This document shows, piece after piece, positions 57,560 to 64,000 of a DNA stretch of 64,000 nt. Each line of letters starts with the position of its first letter. The first letter of the stretch is position 1. Both the position numbers and the translations under genes were made by a program. The notes beneath the pieces are model-generated. The model was given only the letters and a program-made list of their open reading frames with translations, had not been told where the DNA came from and searched no databases. This DNA comes from a candidate division WWE3 bacterium (GTDB lineage: Bacteria; Patescibacteriota; 4484-211; GCA-002791395), in NCBI GenBank assembly GCA_013335095.1, contig JAAXWF010000002.1:261-64260 (forward strand), written 5' to 3'.

Positions 57560-59695
57560 ATGAATACATTCAAATTAAAATCTAATTATCGACCAACCGG
57601 CGATCAACCGAAGGCAATAGAACAACTCACCGCCGGTGGTGCAGATGGTATGAAACATCAATTATTACTTGGGGTAACGGGCTCAGGAAAAACGTTCTCA
57701 GTAGCAAATGTGATCGCAAATTTAAATCGCCCAACATTAATCATCTCCCACAATAAGACCTTGGCAGCCCAACTGTATCAGGAGTACAAAGAGTTCTTTC
57801 CTGATAATGCAGTTGAATATTTTGTCTCTTATTACGATTATTATCAGCCTGAGGCATACCTTCCCCAGACCGATACGTATATCGAAAAGGATGCCGCAAT
57901 TAACGAAGATATCGATAAGCTTCGGCTTGCAGCAACAACATCACTGCTTACCCGAAATGACGTAATAGTTGTGGCGAGTGTGAGTTGTATCTATAACCTA
58001 GGATCACCGGTTGAATACAAAGAATCTAATCTACGATTAATGATCGGCATGCCTATTCGCTATAACGATTTATTAATTCGATTGACACAACTGTTCTACG
58101 TTCGATCAGATTTTGAATTTAAGCGTGGAACGTTTCGCGTAAGCGGTGACATTGTCGATATATACCCAGCTTATATGGATTTTGCCGTAAGAATCGAGAT
58201 TTTAGATAATATTCTCAGTTCGATTCGATTTTTTGATCCAATTACCGGTAAAACGCTAACCGAAGAGACAGTACTCAGAGCCGAAAAAGGAACCTTCTCC
58301 CGAGAATACACACCAGAAGAAATTCAAAAAATGAGCGAAATGAAGCTCCATGGCTCATTCACTTTGTATCCAGCCAAACACTATGTAACAAATAAAGATC
58401 AACGGCCACAGGCGATCAAGCAAATACGTGAGGATTTGGCCCAACAAATAGAAGAACTGAATCAACAAGGCAAGGTCATGGAATCATATCGATTAAGCCA
58501 AAAAACAAATTATGATTTAGAACTTCTAGAAGAATTAGGCTACTGTAAAGGAATTGAAAACTACTCACGGTATTTTGATGGGCGAAAGCCCGGTGATCCG
58601 CCTTATTCTCTTTTGGATTTTTTCCCTGAAGATTATTTAACCGTTATTGATGAGTCGCATATCACGATCCCGCAAATTAATGGAATGTTTAACGGCGATC
58701 GAGCAAGAAAAGAAACCTTGATTGATTTTGGATTTCGTTTACCCAGTGCGCTTGATAACCGACCACTGCGATTTGAAGAATTCCTGGGTAAAAGTAATCA
58801 AATACTCTATACGAGTGCGACTCCTAATCCATGGGAAACGAATCAGTCCGTGCAAGAATTCCAACGAATTAAGTCTCGACCGGCAATGAGTGTATATCCA
58901 AAGACCGGTATTGTGGAGCAGTTAATTCGTCCAACTGGTATAACCGATCCTGAAATACAAGTCCGGGGAAGCCGCGACCAAATCCAGAATCTTTTAAGTG
59001 AAATCCGCGTACGTATAAAACGTAAAGAGCGTGTATTGATCACCACACTAACAAAAAGAATGGCCGAAGATTTATCAAATTATCTAAAAGAACAGGAAAT
59101 AAGCGTGCAATATCTTCATGCCGATATCGACACATTAGAAAGGACCGATATCCTCGATGACCTTCGTAAAGGGACCTATGATGTTGTTGTTGGAATCAAT
59201 TTACTGCGTGAAGGTTTAGATCTACCCGAAGTTTCATTAGTTGCGATTCTTGATGCTGATAAAGAAGGATTTCTACGCTCAGAAAGTTCACTCATTCAAA
59301 CTATGGGACGAGCCGCCCGCCATATTGAAGGAAAAGTAATTCTCTATGCCGATACCATAACGAAGAGCATGCAAAAGGCGATGGATGAAGTAAATCGCCG
59401 TCGAAAGCTTCAACAAGAATACAACGAATTACATAACATAACACCGACGTCGATCGATAAGCCAATTAGAGAAAAACTAATTGAGCGGACAAACAAAAAC
59501 GAAGTTAAAAATTACCGCAAAGAGCCAATATTAAACGACAAAGATACCTTCAGAGGAGATAAAGACGCGTTAATCGAGGCCCTTCAACAAGAAATGAAAA
59601 AGGCAGCCCAAAATTTAGAGTTTGAACGCGCCGCAATGCTCCGTGATCGTATCGACAAGCTGAATAAAGGATCAAGACCAGACTATTTACGTTGA
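57560..59695 (+). CDS. uvrB: Excinuclease ABC subunit B
   Basis: N-terminus FKLKSNYRPTGDQPKAIEQL. Walker A GVTGSGKT, helicase motifs, and a C-terminal UVR domain ...FERAAMLRDRIDKL. Confidence 0.95.
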   Translation: MNTFKLKSNYRPTGDQPKAIEQLTAGGADGMKHQLLLGVTGSGKTFSVANVIANLNRPTLIISHNKTLAAQLYQEYKEFFPDNAVEYFVSYYDYYQPEAYLPQTDTYIEKDAAINEDIDKLRLAATTSLLTRNDVIVVASVSCIYNLGSPVEYKESNLRLMIGMPIRYNDLLIRLTQLFYVRSDFEFKRGTFRVSGDIVDIYPAYMDFAVRIEILDNILSSIRFFDPITGKTLTEETVLRAEKGTFSREYTPEEIQKMSEMKLHGSFTLYPAKHYVTNKDQRPQAIKQIREDLAQQIEELNQQGKVMESYRLSQKTNYDLELLEELGYCKGIENYSRYFDGRKPGDPPYSLLDFFPEDYLTVIDESHITIPQINGMFNGDRARKETLIDFGFRLPSALDNRPLRFEEFLGKSNQILYTSATPNPWETNQSVQEFQRIKSRPAMSVYPKTGIVEQLIRPTGITDPEIQVRGSRDQIQNLLSEIRVRIKRKERVLITTLTKRMAEDLSNYLKEQEISVQYLHADIDTLERTDILDDLRKGTYDVVVGINLLREGLDLPEVSLVAILDADKEGFLRSESSLIQTMGRAARHIEGKVILYADTITKSMQKAMDEVNRRRKLQQEYNELHNITPTSIDKPIREKLIERTNKNEVKNYRKEPILNDKDTFRGDKDALIEALQQEMKKAAQNLEFERAAMLRDRIDKLNKGSRPDYLR

Positions 59696-59788
59696 CTCTA
59701 TTCATTTCGTGATCTATAATTATAAGCCCATAATACGGCCTTCTTATCTCAAGGAGGGGTAAAAACAGGTACTGGAAGGAGGCGTTCC

Positions 59789-60388
59789 ATGGTGAACGTC
59801 ATGACTGGCCCGGATCCAAGCCAATCGCTGCGAGGCGATCGATTCTGGGCCGTGGGTGTCCAACTATGGCTGGATCAATTTGATCCGAAAAACGCTTCGG
59901 CAGATGGCCCAAAGTTAACTTTCGAGCAGATCACCAAAGCGTATGGAGAACTGATAACCGGCCGTTTTCAGGCTTGGTTAGCAGGCAAACTAGGAATAGC
60001 AGCGCCGACATACAATGACTACGAAGCTCGGCGCTACCTTTCGCAGGCAATGGAGATGCACTGTGGAAGGATGGTACCTCGGACGCGAGCCGGTTGGGAG
60101 AGATCTCTTCCGATTGTCGCTGGCTGGATTGTTGATACCCTAAATAAATATGTTAGGGTAACGGATCTTGTTATGTTAATCGAAGATCCGACTGGCTCAC
60201 GGATTCCCGGGGTATGGCGTTATGAAAAAACGATCACCCAAGGAATATTAGATGTTTGGGAATTACATAAAGCCCAAAAAATTGGGTCCGATAACGAAAT
60301 CGTTGTCGAGGCTATCGGTGGGACTCAGCGCGAGGCCCGAAGTGTTGCGGTACTACTGTACTATATCGATAGCGAATGGATCGACTAA
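59789..60388 (+). CDS. Hypothetical protein inserted between uvrB and uvrA (GC-elevated)
   Basis: GGAAGGAGG RBS and a TATAAT box upstream. 199 aa with no recognised motif. A 10-bp perfect terminator hairpin, GGGCAAACAC-gacatact-GTGTTTGCCC, lies at 60395-60422. GC is about 52%. Confidence 0.5.
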   Translation: MVNVMTGPDPSQSLRGDRFWAVGVQLWLDQFDPKNASADGPKLTFEQITKAYGELITGRFQAWLAGKLGIAAPTYNDYEARRYLSQAMEMHCGRMVPRTRAGWERSLPIVAGWIVDTLNKYVRVTDLVMLIEDPTGSRIPGVWRYEKTITQGILDVWELHKAQKIGSDNEIVVEAIGGTQREARSVAVLLYYIDSEWID

Positions 60389-60477
60389 TAAATAGGGCAA
60401 ACACGACATACTGTGTTTGCCCTTAACATACACACGTCTACCTACAATCAGGTATGTATTTACCATATAATACGCAT

Positions 60478-63306
60478 ATGAATGAAATAAAAGTGCGCGG
60501 CGCACGAGAACACAACTTAAAAAACGTTAATTTAGATATACCTAAGAATAAATTAGTCGTATTTACCGGACTTTCTGGTAGTGGAAAAAGTTCGCTGGCA
60601 TTCGACACCATCTATGCCGAAGGACAACGCCGATATGTTGAATCACTTTCCGCATACGCTCGCCAATTCCTAGGAATGCTCGAAAAACCCGATGTCGACC
60701 AAATTGATGGTCTAAGTCCAGCCATCTCGATCGATCAAAAAACGGTATCGCAAAACCCACGTTCGACAGTAGGCACAATTACCGAAATTTATGATTATCT
60801 ACGGTTATTATTTGCCCGGGTTGGTCATCCGCATTGCCCCAACTGTGGCCGAGAAATCCAGGCGCAAACCATTAATCAAATGATTGACGCCATCATTCAA
60901 AAACATAGTCCACAATCAAAACAAGGTAAAGGCGGTCGCATTTTAATTTTGGCTCCACTTATTAAGGATCGAAAGGGTGAATACTCGGCATTATTCGAAG
61001 ATTTGATTAAACGAGGATACACAAGAGCCCGAATCGATAATCATATCTTTAACTTAGACGAAGACGATATAACGCTCATAAAAACGAATCGCCATACTAT
61101 CGAAGTCATTGTTGATCGGACCGTAATCTCTCCCGAGACCGAACGATCTCGTTTGAGTGATTCACTCGAAAAAGCGCTCAAATTGAGTAATGGTTCAGTC
61201 ATAATTAGTGAGGTTCTGGATGAATCGTTTAATTTTCCTGAAAAACCGACTAAATTAGTTGATCATTTATATTCCGAAAATTTTGCTTGTCCTGAATGTA
61301 ATATTAGCTTACCCGAAATCGAACCTCGCAACTTTTCTTTCAATAATCCTCACGGCGCATGTCCAGTATGCGACGGAATTGGCGCCAAATTAGAGGTTGC
61401 TCCTGAGCGGGTATTTAATGAAAACCTCACGATCAATGAGGGCGGAATTTTTCCATGGTCTCGCCAGGTAGAGTTTGATTCATATCCGCGTCGATTTTTG
61501 GATAGATTATCAAAACAGTATGGTTTTACTTTTGATGAAAAAATAAAGGATATTCCAGAAAAAGCACGTGAAGATATTTTAGCTAATGGTATTTTTCCTT
61601 ATTTAGAGCGTCGCTATGAAGAAACCGAGAGTGATTCAGTACGATCTGATATTGAAAAATATATGTCTTATAAAGAATGTCCTGAATGTAAAGGCAACCG
61701 ACTTAAACCGGAAGCATTATCCGTGACCGTAGCCGATGAAAATATCGCCGAAGTTTCGCGAAAAAGTATGATCGAATTGACCGGTTGGTTTGAGAACATC
61801 ACCAAATCTCAAACCCTATTGTCTAATCGAGATAAACAGATAGCCCAACCAATCATGAAAGAGTTAGTTGCACGGGTGAAGTTTCTGAATGACGTTGGAT
61901 TAAATTATTTAACCATTCACCGTAGCTCCGCAACCCTTTCGGGTGGAGAGTCACAACGCATTCGGTTAGCTTCTCAAATTGGTTCGGGGCTATCGGGAGT
62001 ACTGTACGTGCTTGATGAACCATCTATCGGCTTGCATCCTCGTGATCATCATCGCCTATTAGAAACGCTGCATAACTTACGCGATCTTGGAAATACCGTC
62101 TTAATTGTTGAACATGATCTTGATACGATGATCTCTTCGGATTGGTTGGTAGATTTTGGTCCAGGAGCTGGTGTTCACGGTGGAGCAATAATTGCAGAAG
62201 GTACACCGCAGCAAGTTATGGAACAACCTAAGTCGGTGACAGGGGATTACATGTCGCGGAGAAAAAACGTCCATCCATTTGTACATCACCGCACAAACGA
62301 TCCGGAAAAACAGTTCCACGTAATTGGAGCAACAGCACATAACTTAAAAGATGTTTCGGTTCAAATTCCATTAGGTAACTTTGTCTGCGTAACTGGTGTA
62401 TCGGGTTCAGGTAAATCAACATTAATCATTGATACTCTGTATAAACGACTTGCGGCTGACATAAATCATGCTCAAGAGATACCAGGTGAGCATCGCGGTA
62501 TCAAGGGACTTGAGCACGTTGATAAAGTAATCCAAATTGACCAAACTCCAATTGGTCGTACCCCCCGCTCAAATGCGGCTACATATACCGGTGTGTTTAC
62601 ACCGATTCGAGAATTATTTGCGACCATGCCCGATGCCAAAGCACGAGGCTATGAACTTGGGCGTTTTAGCTTCAATGTGAAAGGTGGACGATGCGAGAAT
62701 TGCCAAGGAGAAGGACAAAATAGGATCGAAATGCAATTTTTGCCTGATATATACGTCACCTGTGAAACCTGTGGCGGCGCTCGGTACAATCGTGAAACGC
62801 TCGACATTAAATACAAAGACAAAAACATTTCCGAAGTACTCGATATGACCGTCGAGGATGCCTGCGCCTTCTTTAACAACATACCTTCAATTAGACAAAA
62901 ACTTGAAACATTATTAAAAGTAGGACTAGGATACATTAAGCTTGGTCAGCCAGCGCCAACGTTAAGCGGTGGAGAGGCCCAGCGTGTTAAATTATCCAGT
63001 GAACTATCACGTCGAGCAAGTGGCAAAACAATGTATATTCTGGACGAGCCAACCACGGGACTGCATTTTGCTGATATCGATAAATTACTCGAAGTACTGC
63101 ACACCCTTGTCGATCAGGGAAACACCGTAATTGTCATCGAGCATAATCTAGATGTCATAAAAACGGCCGACTGGATTATTGATTTAGGACCTGAAGGCGG
63201 AGATCGTGGTGGTAGAATCCTTGCAACAGGTACAGTAAAGGACATAATTAATCATCCAACTTCCTATACCGGAAAATATCTCAAGGAATACATATCCCCC
63301 TCATGA
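60478..63306 (+). CDS. uvrA: Excinuclease ABC subunit A
   Basis: [53 protein letters not shown] (compare E. coli MDKIEVRGARTHNLKNINL). Two ABC modules and zinc-finger Cys clusters. The ORF-track start at 60454 adds 8 non-conserved residues. Confidence 0.95.
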   Translation: MNEIKVRGAREHNLKNVNLDIPKNKLVVFTGLSGSGKSSLAFDTIYAEGQRRYVESLSAYARQFLGMLEKPDVDQIDGLSPAISIDQKTVSQNPRSTVGTITEIYDYLRLLFARVGHPHCPNCGREIQAQTINQMIDAIIQKHSPQSKQGKGGRILILAPLIKDRKGEYSALFEDLIKRGYTRARIDNHIFNLDEDDITLIKTNRHTIEVIVDRTVISPETERSRLSDSLEKALKLSNGSVIISEVLDESFNFPEKPTKLVDHLYSENFACPECNISLPEIEPRNFSFNNPHGACPVCDGIGAKLEVAPERVFNENLTINEGGIFPWSRQVEFDSYPRRFLDRLSKQYGFTFDEKIKDIPEKAREDILANGIFPYLERRYEETESDSVRSDIEKYMSYKECPECKGNRLKPEALSVTVADENIAEVSRKSMIELTGWFENITKSQTLLSNRDKQIAQPIMKELVARVKFLNDVGLNYLTIHRSSATLSGGESQRIRLASQIGSGLSGVLYVLDEPSIGLHPRDHHRLLETLHNLRDLGNTVLIVEHDLDTMISSDWLVDFGPGAGVHGGAIIAEGTPQQVMEQPKSVTGDYMSRRKNVHPFVHHRTNDPEKQFHVIGATAHNLKDVSVQIPLGNFVCVTGVSGSGKSTLIIDTLYKRLAADINHAQEIPGEHRGIKGLEHVDKVIQIDQTPIGRTPRSNAATYTGVFTPIRELFATMPDAKARGYELGRFSFNVKGGRCENCQGEGQNRIEMQFLPDIYVTCETCGGARYNRETLDIKYKDKNISEVLDMTVEDACAFFNNIPSIRQKLETLLKVGLGYIKLGQPAPTLSGGEAQRVKLSSELSRRASGKTMYILDEPTTGLHFADIDKLLEVLHTLVDQGNTVIVIEHNLDVIKTADWIIDLGPEGGDRGGRILATGTVKDIINHPTSYTGKYLKEYISPS

Positions 63307-63352
63307 TAAAGGGCGCCCTTTCGGACGCCCAGATGTTTCTCTAACGTTAACG

Positions 63353-63982
63353 TTAATTCTCCGACGTGGAGGCCGCAATCCGTTGCCGATGCCTGATTAA
63401 CTCCTCGATCATCTCCGAGGGCCGCTGATAACGCGGAGACGGATAGAGGCTACGATCCGGCTGTTCTGCCAGAGTCGTAAGGCCCAGGGCAATAAGATCG
63501 ACGGGCTCAAGCAAGCAGCGCCCGGCGAACCAGACGCTATCAAGCTGATGATCGTTCACGCCAAAATATTGGACATGAACTCCGTACTCCGTCACCTCGA
63601 TAGTGACGCGTCCGTAAAATTCGTGCTTAAGCCGAATCTCGATATTTACTCCGCCCACGGAGACCTCGATCGGATCGAGGAACAGGATATGGGCGACTTC
63701 GAGGTAAAGATCCCCAATAAACGCGTACAGCGTTTCGGACGGAGCAATCAAGAATGGGCGATGCCCACACAGGACCTCCATCCGTTCGGCAAGATCGCCA
63801 CTTCCGGCTCGAAACCAGTCCAACAGGTCCCAATCCGCACGGAAGTAATCCATCATGGCATGAAACACCAGATGGAGCGGAACACGCTGGTCAAGGACCT
63901 GAACGAGCACCTCATGCGGATCGTCCAGGACAATGTAGTCCCACTCCGCTAGCACCATATATGGTGCCCCTTCACGCATCAA
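63353..63982 (-). CDS. Hypothetical protein (GC-elevated), convergent with uvrA near window edge
   Basis: ORF of 209 aa or more with no motif recognised. GC is about 55%. The true start may lie beyond the annotated Met or beyond the window end. Confidence 0.35.
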   Translation of the reverse strand: MMREGAPYMVLAEWDYIVLDDPHEVLVQVLDQRVPLHLVFHAMMDYFRADWDLLDWFRAGSGDLAERMEVLCGHRPFLIAPSETLYAFIGDLYLEVAHILFLDPIEVSVGGVNIEIRLKHEFYGRVTIEVTEYGVHVQYFGVNDHQLDSVWFAGRCLLEPVDLIALGLTTLAEQPDRSLYPSPRYQRPSEMIEELIRHRQRIAASTSEN

Positions 63983-64000
63983 TCGTGCGACTCGCTCCGA

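Overview
This 64-kb window comes from a low-GC bacterial chromosome, about 38-42% GC by eye. The backbone is compact and mostly on the + strand. It carries housekeeping genes: lepB, gatC-gatA-gatB, dnaE, a clpC-like gene, rplS, yraN, trmD, ruvB then ruvC-ruvA, a PEP-synthase-like dikinase, a response-regulator/histidine-kinase pair, enolase, dedA, uvrB and uvrA. I found six tRNA genes, and all six encode their own CCA end. Two cell-envelope glycan loci are present. One has a Wzx-like flippase, GT2 and GT4 transferases and Wzy-like proteins. The other has a Dpm1-like GT2 and a GT4 flanked by two paralogous polytopic membrane proteins of GT-C-like topology. A class-typical sortase (TLQTC motif) and a secreted protein with an LPETA-hydrophobic-charged sorting signal point to a Gram-positive-type envelope.

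Superimposed on this backbone are at least six GC-rich insertions (about 50-62% GC) that encode only hypothetical proteins. Each has its own AT-rich promoter-like spacer and a strong hairpin terminator. The largest is an approximately 8-kb island at 49.6-57.5 kb, between dedA and uvrB. It encodes an unmistakable but divergent Rho-family ATPase: the Walker A motif APPKVGKT, the DERPEE catalytic Glu, the Walker B motif VDSLTRL, the Q/R loops and an OB-fold RNA-binding segment are all present, and the protein carries a C-terminal extension of about 110 aa. The rho homologue sits directly after a small 3-TM protein. Downstream are an approximately 8-TM membrane protein, a bitopic lipoprotein-like protein with Trp-rich cytoplasmic tandem repeats, and two further unknowns. 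I regard this as a candidate undescribed membrane-associated Rho-paralogue module, acquired horizontally from a high-GC donor.

A second island at 29.0-32.4 kb encodes two secreted Thr/Pro/Ala-rich proteins. It lies beside the Dpm1-like GT2 plus GT-C-like locus, which suggests an O-glycosylation system and its substrates.

I found no CRISPR array, no integrase or transposase, and no rRNA. The mosaic pattern of low-GC core and high-GC islands is consistent with, but does not prove, a reduced-genome epibiont or CPR/Saccharibacteria-like organism that takes up DNA from a high-GC (actinobacterial-type) donor.
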